DNA of 64,000 bases from Candidatus Sericytochromatia bacterium. Its GTDB lineage: Bacteria; Cyanobacteriota; Sericytochromatia; S15B-MN24; VGJW01. This document shows, one piece after another, positions 20,303 to 29,140 of the stretch; within the stretch, counting starts at the first letter, position 1, and the number at the start of each line of letters is the position of its first letter. The position numbers were made by a program, and so were the translations under genes. Where the stretch lies: NCBI GenBank assembly GCA_035285865.1, contig JAYKHS010000011.1, positions 1 to 64,000 of the forward strand, in the 5' to 3' direction. The notes under the pieces were generated by a model, which was not told the origin of the DNA, made no database searches, and worked only from the letters and a program-made list of their open reading frames with translations.

Positions 20303-21267
20303 CGACGACGGGTGTGGCTTCGGAAATGGTTCGGGGCTGGCTGCAGCGCTCGATGCCGCTGGTTGCGCTCCTGCTGCTGGTCGTGCTGTTCAGCGTGCTC
20401 AGTCCGCGTTTCCTGAGTCTGGAAAACCTCGCGAACATCGCCGTCCAGTCCTCGCATATCGGCCTCATCGCGGTGGGTATGACCCTGGTCATCGCCACGG
20501 GTGGCATCGATCTGTCCGTGGGTTCCGTGCTGGCCCTGTCCATCTGTGCGGCAGGTCTTGCCATGGCTCCGCCTGATGCCGGGGGCGCAGGCCTCGACTT
20601 CGCCTGGGGCTGGGGCATCGGCTTGCTCACCGGTGCGCTCGCGGGAGGACTCAACGGTATCCTGATCTCTGGGCTCGGCCTGTCCCCGTTCATCGCGACG
20701 CTTGGCATGATGAGCATCGCCCGGGGCGTCGCGAATGTCATGACCGACGGCATGCCTGTCGAGGACATGCCTGAAGCTGCGTTGGCGCTGGGTGCCTCCT
20801 CCGTGGCAGGCGTACCGTGGTCCATCCTGCTCTGGGCCCTGCTCGCAGGCCTCGGTGGCGTCGTGCTCGGTCGGACACGCCTCGGGCGCTACGCGTGCGC
20901 CATGGGCAGCAACGAAGAGGCGCTTCGGCTTGCCGGCGTCCGCATCGGCCCGTGGAAGACCGCGCTCTATGTCCTTTCCGGCCTGCTGTCCGCTGCCGCG
21001 GGTCTGGTCTTCCTCGGACGCGTCAGCAATGCCCAGCCCACGGCCGGAGTCGGATTCGAATTGGATGCCATTGCGGCCGTCGTCATCGGCGGGGCCTCCC
21101 TGATGGGCGGGCGAGGCTCCATGGCGGGGACGGTCGTCGGGGTCGCGCTGATGGGCGTGCTGCGCAACGGTCTGGTGCTGATGGATGTTTCGGCGTTCTG
21201 GCAGCAGTTGGTCATTGGCGTCGTGGTTCTGGTCGCCGTGCTGCTGGACCGTTGGCGGACGACATAG
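20299..21267 (+). CDS. Monosaccharide ABC permease (RbsC-type)
   Basis: GGIDLSVGS, PFIATLG, GSNEEALRLAG, ELDAIAAVVIGGASLMGG. Confidence 0.95.
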   Translation: MTTTGVASEMVRGWLQRSMPLVALLLLVVLFSVLSPRFLSLENLANIAVQSSHIGLIAVGMTLVIATGGIDLSVGSVLALSICAAGLAMAPPDAGGAGLDFAWGWGIGLLTGALAGGLNGILISGLGLSPFIATLGMMSIARGVANVMTDGMPVEDMPEAALALGASSVAGVPWSILLWALLAGLGGVVLGRTRLGRYACAMGSNEEALRLAGVRIGPWKTALYVLSGLLSAAAGLVFLGRVSNAQPTAGVGFELDAIAAVVIGGASLMGGRGSMAGTVVGVALMGVLRNGLVLMDVSAFWQQLVIGVVVLVAVLLDRWRTT

Positions 21268-21318
21268 CCCTGCTCGGGCTATGATGATGTGCCCCAGCTC
21301 GCTCGAGGAGATCTGCCG

Positions 21319-22221
21319 GTGTTCCGGATAACCCGCGTCCTGCTTGCCTCCCTGCTGTTTCTCGGTGCGGTCGGCACGCCGATTTCCTCCGAGGCGCGGG
21401 AGTTGCGCATCGCCGTCGTGGGCAAGGGCATCGGAGGCGAGTACTGGTCGGCCGTGCGCAAGGGCGCCACGAAGGCCGGGCGTGACGAGGGCGTCAAGGT
21501 GACCTACCAGGGGCCCCCGACCGAAACGGATGTTTCCGCCCAGATCGCCATCTTGGAGAATCTCATCCAGTCGGGTGTCGACGGCATTGCGGTGTCTCCC
21601 TGCAATGCTCGGTCACTGAACCGGATCGTGCGCAGGGCCTTGGCCGCCGGCATCAAGGTCGTCACGATAGACTCAGACACCACGGACAAGGATCGGCTCT
21701 GCTACATCGGCACGGACAATGCCGAAGCAGGTGCTGTTGCCGCACGGCAAGCGTTGAGGCTCGTGCGCCCGGGTTCGACGGTGGCCATCGTGACCGGGGT
21801 TCTCGGGGCCCAGAACCTGCAGCAGCGCCGTGAAGGCTTCACCCGTGAGGCAGCGGGACGTCTCAAGCTGCTCGAGGCCCAGCCCGACAACGGGGACAAG
21901 GCTCGGGCCGTCGAGGTCACGGAGAACATCCTGACGGCACATCCCGAGGTTGCCCTGTTCTTCACGGACAATGCCATCAGTGGCCCCGGAGCCGGTCAGG
22001 CCCTGCGCAGCCGCGGCAAGGCCGGCAAGATCCGTCTGGTGTCCATGGACGTGACGCCCGACCTGCAGGGCCTGCTGAATCAGGGCGTGGCCGATGCCTT
22101 GGTGGCCCAGCGACCGGAGCGGATGGGGGAACTCGCCGTCCGGACGCTCAAGGCCGCCATTGCCGGCAAAGCCGTGTCCAAAGTGATCGACACCGGCGTG
22201 GAAGTCGTCCGCCGCAAGTAG
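21319..22221 (+). CDS. Sugar ABC substrate-binding protein (RbsB-like)
   Basis: Signal peptide; YWSAVRKG, VVTIDSD, YIGTDNAEAG, IDTG; SD GGAGA before GTG. Confidence 0.92.
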   Translation: MFRITRVLLASLLFLGAVGTPISSEARELRIAVVGKGIGGEYWSAVRKGATKAGRDEGVKVTYQGPPTETDVSAQIAILENLIQSGVDGIAVSPCNARSLNRIVRRALAAGIKVVTIDSDTTDKDRLCYIGTDNAEAGAVAARQALRLVRPGSTVAIVTGVLGAQNLQQRREGFTREAAGRLKLLEAQPDNGDKARAVEVTENILTAHPEVALFFTDNAISGPGAGQALRSRGKAGKIRLVSMDVTPDLQGLLNQGVADALVAQRPERMGELAVRTLKAAIAGKAVSKVIDTGVEVVRRK

Positions 22222-22245
22222 CGCACGCGCGCCCTGAGCGCGGGC

Positions 22246-23412
22246 TCAGGCCTGCTCGACCGAGGCCCCGTCGGCCGTGCCGCAGACCAGCATCGACACC
22301 CTGGTCTTCGTCTGGCGTTCGATCAGGGGCAAGGCAGCCTCGACTGCCGCCATGGCCTCATGCCGGACCAGGGCCACGGCACAGCCCCCGAAGCCAGCCC
22401 CCGTCAATCGGGCTCCTTCCACTCCCGGCGTGGCACGCAACACTTCCGTCAGCACGTCCAGCTCGGGGCAGGAAACCTCGTAGTCCGAAGCCAGCGAGCG
22501 GTGCGAGGCATTCAACAGTGCTCCTGCCTCGGCTGCATCTCCCCTGCCCAATGCTTCGACTGTCTTTCGCACACGATCATTTTCCGACACGACATGCCGC
22601 ACTCTGCGCATGAGAACCTCCGGCAAGGCCTCAAGAGGCAGGTCGTCAAGCGTACGGAACTCGGAAAGCCAACGATGCGTCGCATTCAGCAGCCGATTGA
22701 GCATGGCCAGCGCGCCCTCGCCTTCGGCTCGGCGCTGGTTGTAACCGACGGACGCAAGCGTGCGCGGGACGCCGCTGTCCACGATGACCCAGGCATGCGT
22801 GCCCTCGAGGCCGAGGGGTACGGTCCTGTGGGCAAGCGTCGCGCAGTCGATGGCGATCGCATGATCCCGTCGCCCGAGGGCGCTGGCCAACTGGTCCATG
22901 GCACCACAGGCCACGCCCACTTCCGCGATCTCGACCTCCTGGGCCATCAGGGCGAGAGCCTCCGGCCCAAGCCCCCAGTCACCAGCCGCATCAAGGACGC
23001 GCAAGACGGCCAGTTCCAGCGCAGCAGAACTGGAGAGGCCACCTCCGAGCGGTACATTGCCCGAAAGGATCATGCGGCCACCGCTGACAGGCATACCTCG
23101 CCTGCGGGCAAGCCTGATGCAACCGCGAACGTACCGCGCCCAGCCTGTCGCCGCATCCCCGAGGTCCGACCGTTCGCCCGGCACGGTCGCAAGGACGTCC
23201 CAGTCCTCGCCGGCCACGGGCAGGAAACAGGCGGAAACGACGCGATCGATGGCCACGGGCAAGACGGATCCGCCGTGGTAGTCGACGTGCTCGCCGATGA
23301 TGTTGAACCGCCCCGGGGCACGACTTACCCAGGCCGGCTTGCCGCCGAAGGTCGCTGCGAATGCGGCGAGGCCATCGGCAATCGGGTCGCGAGGCAGGCT
23401 CACAGCCGACAT
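22246..23412 (-). CDS. galK: Galactokinase
   Basis: APGRFNIIGEHVDY, PLGGGLSSSAALE, CGAMDQ, GARLTGAGFGGC. Confidence 0.96.
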   Translation of the reverse strand: MSAVSLPRDPIADGLAAFAATFGGKPAWVSRAPGRFNIIGEHVDYHGGSVLPVAIDRVVSACFLPVAGEDWDVLATVPGERSDLGDAATGWARYVRGCIRLARRRGMPVSGGRMILSGNVPLGGGLSSSAALELAVLRVLDAAGDWGLGPEALALMAQEVEIAEVGVACGAMDQLASALGRRDHAIAIDCATLAHRTVPLGLEGTHAWVIVDSGVPRTLASVGYNQRRAEGEGALAMLNRLLNATHRWLSEFRTLDDLPLEALPEVLMRRVRHVVSENDRVRKTVEALGRGDAAEAGALLNASHRSLASDYEVSCPELDVLTEVLRATPGVEGARLTGAGFGGCAVALVRHEAMAAVEAALPLIERQTKTRVSMLVCGTADGASVEQA

Positions 23413-24041
23413 CCGACTCCCCCGGCCACGGAGGCTTCACGCGCCTGAGCGATCTGTGCCGTGGCCGACAGGGCCAGATCGCCGACCAGCCTCCAACGCG
23501 CTCCGAGCGCTGCCGACCAGCCGGCAGTCGGTCCGGGTTGCCATGCCACGTTGGCACAGCCAACGAGCCCGGGCAACAAGGTCATGTCGTAGGCCGCAAG
23601 CGCCCGAACGTTGCCCGCCAACCATCCCTGAGCGAGTCTCGGAGTACCCCAGGGCGTGACCAGTTCGAGGACTTGCCAGAGTCTCCAGTCCTCGAGGGCC
23701 GGCTGGCCGGTGGTTCCCGCGACGAGGTCGGCCTGCAGCTTGTAGAGCCCCGGTATCACGGACCACGCTCCACCGAGATGCACCCCCGCTTGCGTGGTCG
23801 GCACGGCGTTGGCCGGTAGTGGCGCGCCGGGGAGCCTCACACCCGCGAAGGCCTCGATGCCGCCCTCGAACCCGGTGCGCCAGTTCACCAACCGTCGGCC
23901 GAGACCAGGGGCGGCCGCGGGCTCCAGAACGAGCGCCAACTCGTGGATGCCGACCGGCATGACCTCTGCGGTGGGGTGGTCCAGCGTCGGAGCAAGCGTG
24001 CTCAGGGGGGCCAGTGCCAGAGGGGCCTCGATACCGAACAT
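23400..24041 (-). CDS. Hypothetical protein, possibly beta-barrel-like
   Basis: ORF coupled to galK; alternating amphipathic strands at C-terminus (WSAALGARWRL..SVAGGVGCRL). Confidence 0.55.
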   Translation of the reverse strand: MFGIEAPLALAPLSTLAPTLDHPTAEVMPVGIHELALVLEPAAAPGLGRRLVNWRTGFEGGIEAFAGVRLPGAPLPANAVPTTQAGVHLGGAWSVIPGLYKLQADLVAGTTGQPALEDWRLWQVLELVTPWGTPRLAQGWLAGNVRALAAYDMTLLPGLVGCANVAWQPGPTAGWSAALGARWRLVGDLALSATAQIAQAREASVAGGVGCRL

Positions 24042-24089
24042 GGCGCCATCCTATCACGGGGCCTGCCGACCATCCGGTAGAGTGATGGG

Positions 24090-25064
24090 ATGTCCGAACG
24101 TCGCAGGGACCCCTTGAGCGGCCAATGGGTTGCTGTTGCCGGGGAACGCAGTCAGCGCCCCAAGGTCCTGCGGCTGCCGGATCCCCCTGCACCGCCGCCT
24201 CGGGATGGCTGCCCCTTCTGCCCGGGGCACGAGGAGCCCGATACGGGCATCTGGCAAGAGAATGGGGCCACGGGGTGGCTGGCCCGGATCGTGCGCAACC
24301 GCTTCGCGGCCATGGACGCCCCGGGCCGTGAAGTCGCCCCCCTTGCCCCGGAGGGCCTGCTTCAGCGGATTCGGCTGCCGGGTGCGGCCGAGGTGCTGAT
24401 TGAGGGTCCCGACCATGACGCCCGGGTTGGCGGCATGGCACCTGGCCATCTTGAGGCCGCGATGCGGGGACAGGCTGTCCGCCTTCGCGCCCTGCGGGAT
24501 CAGGGATTCGCCCATGTGGCCCTGTTCAGGAATCAGGGAGCCATGGCCGGGGCATCCCAACCACACCCGCATAGCCAACTGGTCGCCTCGTGGGATGAGC
24601 CGCCGGCGCTGCAGGCCGAGAAGGAGCAGTTCCGTGAGCACGAGAGCCGGCACGGCAACTGCCTGCTTTGTGCCGTGGCAACTGCCGAGCAGGCCGGGGG
24701 GCGCGAGGTCGGTCGGGCAGGAGGTTACCGCCTGATTGCGCCGTGGGCGAGTTCCCACCCGATGGAGCTGCTGCTCGTGCCCGAGGCCTGCAGCCCCGAC
24801 ATGACGGAGATCGTGATCGAGGGCTGGGCGGCCATCCAGGCACGCACGGATCGGCTGATCCAGGCCGTCCTGCCCGGGGCTGCAGCCAATCTGTGGGTTC
24901 ACCAGAGCCTCGTTCCGGACGGGCCTTTCCACTGGCACGCGCATGTCGTGCCGAGGCAGGACGTGACGGGCGGCTGGGAGCTGGCGACGGGCTGGAAGCT
25001 GGAGCCCCTGCCACCCGAGATTGCCGCCGAGCAGTACAGGTCCTCCTGGTCTGCTACGGAGTGA
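24090..25064 (+). CDS. GalT-family nucleotidyltransferase paralogue
   Basis: RRDPLSGQWV, CPFCPGHE, GASQPHPHSQL (HxHxQ), CLLC, HWHAH. Confidence 0.88.
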   Translation: MSERRRDPLSGQWVAVAGERSQRPKVLRLPDPPAPPPRDGCPFCPGHEEPDTGIWQENGATGWLARIVRNRFAAMDAPGREVAPLAPEGLLQRIRLPGAAEVLIEGPDHDARVGGMAPGHLEAAMRGQAVRLRALRDQGFAHVALFRNQGAMAGASQPHPHSQLVASWDEPPALQAEKEQFREHESRHGNCLLCAVATAEQAGGREVGRAGGYRLIAPWASSHPMELLLVPEACSPDMTEIVIEGWAAIQARTDRLIQAVLPGAAANLWVHQSLVPDGPFHWHAHVVPRQDVTGGWELATGWKLEPLPPEIAAEQYRSSWSATE

Positions 25065-26031
25065 CCCGCACGGCCCTGAGCTCTTCGGCCTTGACCTCGG
25101 GGAGCGTGTCGTTGATGTAGGTCCCGGCACCGGACTCGCACCCGGCCAGGTACTTGAGCTTCTGGGGAGTTCGCATCGGCGGATAGAACTCGATGTGCAG
25201 ATGGTCGCCCGGTGCGGCCGCGTCTCGGGTTGGTGCCTGGTGCATGACCATCATGTACGGGAAGGGCACCTGCCAAAGGCCGTCAAATCGGGTCAGGAGG
25301 TCTTTGAGTACCCGGGAAAGGTCGAGGACCTCCGGCCCTGACAGCTCGGAAAGCGAGGCCCGATGCTGCTTGCTGACGAGATAGGTCTCGTAGGGGTAGC
25401 GCGCGAAGAACGGGATGAAGGCGACGAAGTGCTCGCCCTCCACCACCAGACGACGACCATCCGCCCTTTCGTCGGCAACGATGTCGCACATCAGGCAGTG
25501 GCCCGTCCGATCAAGATGTCGGGCGGCCTGTTCCCGCTCTCGCGCGATTCTCGGTGGCACGAACGGAAAGGCATAGATCTGACCATGGGGATGGTGGATC
25601 GTGACTCCGATGGCCTCCCCTCGGTTCTCGAAGATGAACACGCACTCCATCCCGGGACGCGCCCCCAACTCCTCGTACCTGTCGGTCCACACGCGCACCA
25701 GGCGAACGATGTCGGCCACAGGCAGGGCCCCGAGGCTACCCTCATGGCGCGGGGTGTAGAGCACGACCTCGCAGACGCCGTCGGCCGGCGCGACAGGATG
25801 GAGATCGTGGCCTGCGACTGCCGGTTCCGGAGCTGGCTGGCGCATGCTCGGAAACTTGTTGTCGAAAACCACGAAGCGGTAATCTTCCTCCGGAACTTCG
25901 GTCGGAAAGCCACCGGGCTTGGTCGGGCAGAGGGGACAGTAGTCCGGTGGAGGCAGGAAGGTCCTGTCCTGACGGTGGGTGGCCGTCACGACCCACTCAC
26001 CGAGCATGGGGTGCCAACGACGTTCCGACAT
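25054..26031 (-). CDS. galT: Galactose-1-phosphate uridylyltransferase
   Basis: HRQDRTFLP..CPLCP, FDNKFP, FENRG..GVTIHHPHGQIYA, KYLAGCESG. Confidence 0.95.
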   Translation of the reverse strand: MSERRWHPMLGEWVVTATHRQDRTFLPPPDYCPLCPTKPGGFPTEVPEEDYRFVVFDNKFPSMRQPAPEPAVAGHDLHPVAPADGVCEVVLYTPRHEGSLGALPVADIVRLVRVWTDRYEELGARPGMECVFIFENRGEAIGVTIHHPHGQIYAFPFVPPRIAREREQAARHLDRTGHCLMCDIVADERADGRRLVVEGEHFVAFIPFFARYPYETYLVSKQHRASLSELSGPEVLDLSRVLKDLLTRFDGLWQVPFPYMMVMHQAPTRDAAAPGDHLHIEFYPPMRTPQKLKYLAGCESGAGTYINDTLPEVKAEELRAVRVTP

Positions 26032-26033
26032 GC

Positions 26034-26216
26034 TCAGTTCCCCGCCGTCGCGCCCGCGGGCTTCTCGGGTTCGAAGTCGTAGAAGGTCATGCTGCGACCG
26101 TCCTCGAGCATGATGGTGCGGCGCGTCATGGTTTCGTTGCCGGGGGGGACGGCATCCGATGGGACCGGGAGCGGCGAAGGTACCTGTTCGCGGGTGTGGT
26201 CGGCTTGTTGGGTCAT
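26034..26216 (-). CDS. Small protein (60 aa) immediately upstream of galT
   Basis: ATGA overlap with upstream gene stop; RRTIMLEDGRSMTFYDF motif; ends 2 nt before the galT ATG. Confidence 0.65.
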   Translation of the reverse strand: MTQQADHTREQVPSPLPVPSDAVPPGNETMTRRTIMLEDGRSMTFYDFEPEKPAGATAGN

Positions 26217-27124
26217 CCTGGCAGCTCCGAGGGGTCCGGGAAGTCGATGGTCAGCCACCACGACCTGCTTTCGCCGGCCGGCAGCAGCGTGGCCTCAGGG
26301 GCCAGTTCCCGGGCACGGAGAAAACTGTCGGAGGGTCCGAGGCAAGGCTCGAGGGCGAGGTTGTGGTAGGGCGAGGCACCCGGGACACCAGCCCAGCCGC
26401 CCGCATTCATCCAGACACCGACGTGGGGAATCAGGACCGGGTCCCACGTCAGCCTGAGCGCATGGGGCCCGTCGACAAGGCCTACGGCACCGTCAGGCGG
26501 CGATGGGGCAAAGGCCTTGCACGCGATCCCTGCCCCGAGATCGGGCATTCTGCCTTCGTGCAGTGCAGCCGGCACAGGATTTTCCGGGGATTCAGGCCAC
26601 CAGGCCAGAGGCGCTGTCGTGACGATTCGTGCCCCATCGGCAACCGAAAAGAGCGGATGCGCGGCCCACGTGAAAGGCACCGCCCGATCGGACAGATTGG
26701 TCAGTCGGTACGCCATGTGGATCTTGCCTGGGGCCAGCAACTGCACGGTGCGGTGAAAACGCAGCGGCAGCAACCGTGAGGTCACGGCGAGATCAAACCG
26801 AACGGCCGAGACCTCGAGCACCTCCCACGCCCGACCCCACAACTCGCCGTGATCGGGCCACGGCAAATCCTCCGAGGCCTGATGCGCGGCCAGATTCGGG
26901 AATATCTCATCCCATCCGCCATCGTCGTGGTGCGAGACGTAGGCCCCCGGTTGATGGACCGAAAAGGGGGGCTGGAGCCAAGGATTGCTCCACAGCCACG
27001 ACCGTCCTGCAGCTTCGAGTCGGACCAGTCGTCCACCCTCGGCTGGAGTAGCCTCCAGAAGAACGCCGAAGCCCTCCAGCAGGATGCTTTCCTGCCGGAG
27101 GGCTTCGGAGAATGACGGGGACAT
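26213..27124 (-). CDS. Aldose 1-epimerase/mutarotase-like protein
   Basis: GGWDEIFP, DHGELW, FTWAAHPLF, LALEP; located in the gal cluster. Confidence 0.8.
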   Translation of the reverse strand: MSPSFSEALRQESILLEGFGVLLEATPAEGGRLVRLEAAGRSWLWSNPWLQPPFSVHQPGAYVSHHDDGGWDEIFPNLAAHQASEDLPWPDHGELWGRAWEVLEVSAVRFDLAVTSRLLPLRFHRTVQLLAPGKIHMAYRLTNLSDRAVPFTWAAHPLFSVADGARIVTTAPLAWWPESPENPVPAALHEGRMPDLGAGIACKAFAPSPPDGAVGLVDGPHALRLTWDPVLIPHVGVWMNAGGWAGVPGASPYHNLALEPCLGPSDSFLRARELAPEATLLPAGESRSWWLTIDFPDPSELPG

Positions 27125-27138
27125 GCCCCATTCTAGCG

Positions 27139-27990
27139 TCAGACGGCAGCCGGGACTGGCAGGGACTCACCCGGAACGCGCACCAGATCCACGATGTGCA
27201 GGTTGGCCTCGACAAGGTCCAGTGAGGCGTCCTCCACCAGGACAATCGGACGTGTGCAATCGGAGCGGCGATCCTCCGACACCACGGCACGACGGTGATC
27301 GCTGAGCAGGACCGGTGCTCCGGGCGGATAGGGAGAGTAACTGTCCGCGAGTGCCTTCACGACAGCCTTGGGGAAGCGTTCGGCAGCCATGAGCGCCAGC
27401 TTGAGCGCGTAATCGGGCGCTGTTGCCCCTCTTGCGAAATGGGGCGTCAGGCGAGAGTCGACAAGGTCGCAGAGCCCCACGATGGCCGCCAGGATTCCGG
27501 GTTCACGGCCACCGGGGCCGCGCCCGCCCAGGCGTTCGTGGTGATCCCGGATCCCCTCGACCACGGCCGGAGCAAGGCTTGCACCGGCCTCCGACAGGAG
27601 GCGCTCGGCCACGAGACCGTGGTCGTCTGCAAGCCGAAGCGCAGGAGCTTCCGGATGCGTGGAGGGCACTTCCTTCCCGAGATCGTGCAGCAATGCGGCA
27701 AGGCCCAGATCCCGCAACTCCTGGCCGAAGAGGCCCATGGCCTTGCCCACCCCGATGGCCAGCGCAACCATGTTGACGGCATGGGCCACCGGGTAGGGAC
27801 CGTGGACCCGCAGCCAAGCCGCCGCCGTCGCCGGGTCGCCCGGTACCCGCGCGGCGATGCCATCCACGACGGCCCGGCAGCCCGGTACATCAAGACGGCC
27901 GGTTGAACGCCACGCATCCAGGATGCCGGCCCATTGGTCGCGAAGGCCCGAAAGGGCCTCCGCGACTGGCGCGAAGCGGTCAGAGGACAT
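27139..27990 (-). CDS. HD-GYP-like phosphohydrolase (degenerate GYP)
   Basis: HAVN, LLHDLGK, HHERLGGRGPG, CD, C-terminal YPPGAPVLLSD. Confidence 0.8.
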   Translation of the reverse strand: MSSDRFAPVAEALSGLRDQWAGILDAWRSTGRLDVPGCRAVVDGIAARVPGDPATAAAWLRVHGPYPVAHAVNMVALAIGVGKAMGLFGQELRDLGLAALLHDLGKEVPSTHPEAPALRLADDHGLVAERLLSEAGASLAPAVVEGIRDHHERLGGRGPGGREPGILAAIVGLCDLVDSRLTPHFARGATAPDYALKLALMAAERFPKAVVKALADSYSPYPPGAPVLLSDHRRAVVSEDRRSDCTRPIVLVEDASLDLVEANLHIVDLVRVPGESLPVPAAV

Positions 27991-29140
27991 TCGTCACGCC
28001 CCCTCCACCACCGGCGGTTCCTCCGCCAGGGGCTCCCCCACCCGAAGAACCGGATGCACCTGGAGACGAGCCTGAAGAGGTGGACGGCACCACGGCCGCC
28101 TTGATCGTGGGAGGCTTGACCTCTCCCGTGGTCGGATCCACTTCCGGAGGCGCCATCGTGCTGGCCTTCCCCGCGGCCTCGAGCGAGGCATCGCCAATCT
28201 TGTCCGTCAGGTCCGCGACCTTCTTGACCTCGGCGTCACGAGCCGCCTCCTCTTCCTTCTTGTCCGCATCGCGCTTGGCATTCTCGCGGGCGTTCCAGGA
28301 AGACCAGAAGGCATCCCAGCCGGCATCGCCGCTCGATCCGGAGCCCGGCGTGAACTTGCCGGTACCCAGTGGCGGAGTTCCATCGGGAATGCTGTCATCG
28401 AACGTGCCCACGAGGCCACGCATCGACCCTTGGTCGCGCTCCTTGGAGAGGTCGCCTTCGATGTTGATGGTCGGCGGCTCGCAGAAGCTCTGGTACATCT
28501 TCATCGTGTCGCCGTCCGGCGTCGTGATGACAACCTGATCACCGTTCTTGGAGATCTTGGTGCCCAGGGGGGTCGTCATGTCCCCCGTGACCTCGACACC
28601 GTTGACGATCAGGCGATTGTCATTGGTGTAGGTGATCTTGTCGTAGTGGTAGACGTCCGAACCCTGGAAGTCGCCTTTACCGCCGAACTGCATCGTGACA
28701 GAGCGCAATTCCTTGTTGACGAACGTGCCCTCCATCAGGAAGTTGCGCACGTTGTCGCGGTTTTCGAGCAGAGTGTACTTGCCGTCGATGCTGACGGGGA
28801 AGGAACCCTGGGGTCCCGAGATGGTGGCCGCGCCCACGGCGCCGCCGCACATCTCCAGTCAGGGGTCGCCTTGCGGCGGCCCCGACGTTATGGCAAAACG
28901 CGTCTCCGTGAGCGGTTTGGCCGCCGGCTTTTCCTGAATGACGGCAATGGGACTGACCGGAGCCACGGGCAGCGTCACTTCCGAGGGCTTCGCTTCGGCA
29001 ACCTTGACGGGTGCGTCGAAGCTGGGAAGGACGGTGTTCCGATTCATCTGGATATCGCCGAAACTTGGAACGCTCGGTCCAGTCTGCGACGGTCCGGATG
29101 CCCCTTGTCCGGGGCCCGAGACCTTGTCTATGGGTGCCAT
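27980..29140 (-). CDS. VWD-like domain protein interrupted by in-frame TGA at codon 94 (candidate selenoprotein/read-through, or nonsense pseudogene)
   Basis: SD GGGGAG + ATG 29140; ...QGDP-TGA(28861-28859)-LEMCGG... continues in the same frame to 27980; VWD-type C-terminal motif RGLVGTFDD; Gly/Ser-rich tail. Confidence 0.7.
28818..28855 (-). promoter_or_regulatory. SECIS-like hairpin immediately 3' of the in-frame UGA
   Basis: GAGAUG/CAUCUC lower stem, GGC/GCC, GCGCC/GGCGC upper stem, GUG loop beginning 22 nt after UGA. Confidence 0.4.

Noticed and set aside
28859..28861. Genome-wide TGA reassignment as the explanation for the in-frame TGA
   Set aside because: Conserved genes (smpB, rpmF, fabG, rpe, rpsU, lysS) end at TGA at their expected C-termini, so the code is standard table 11.
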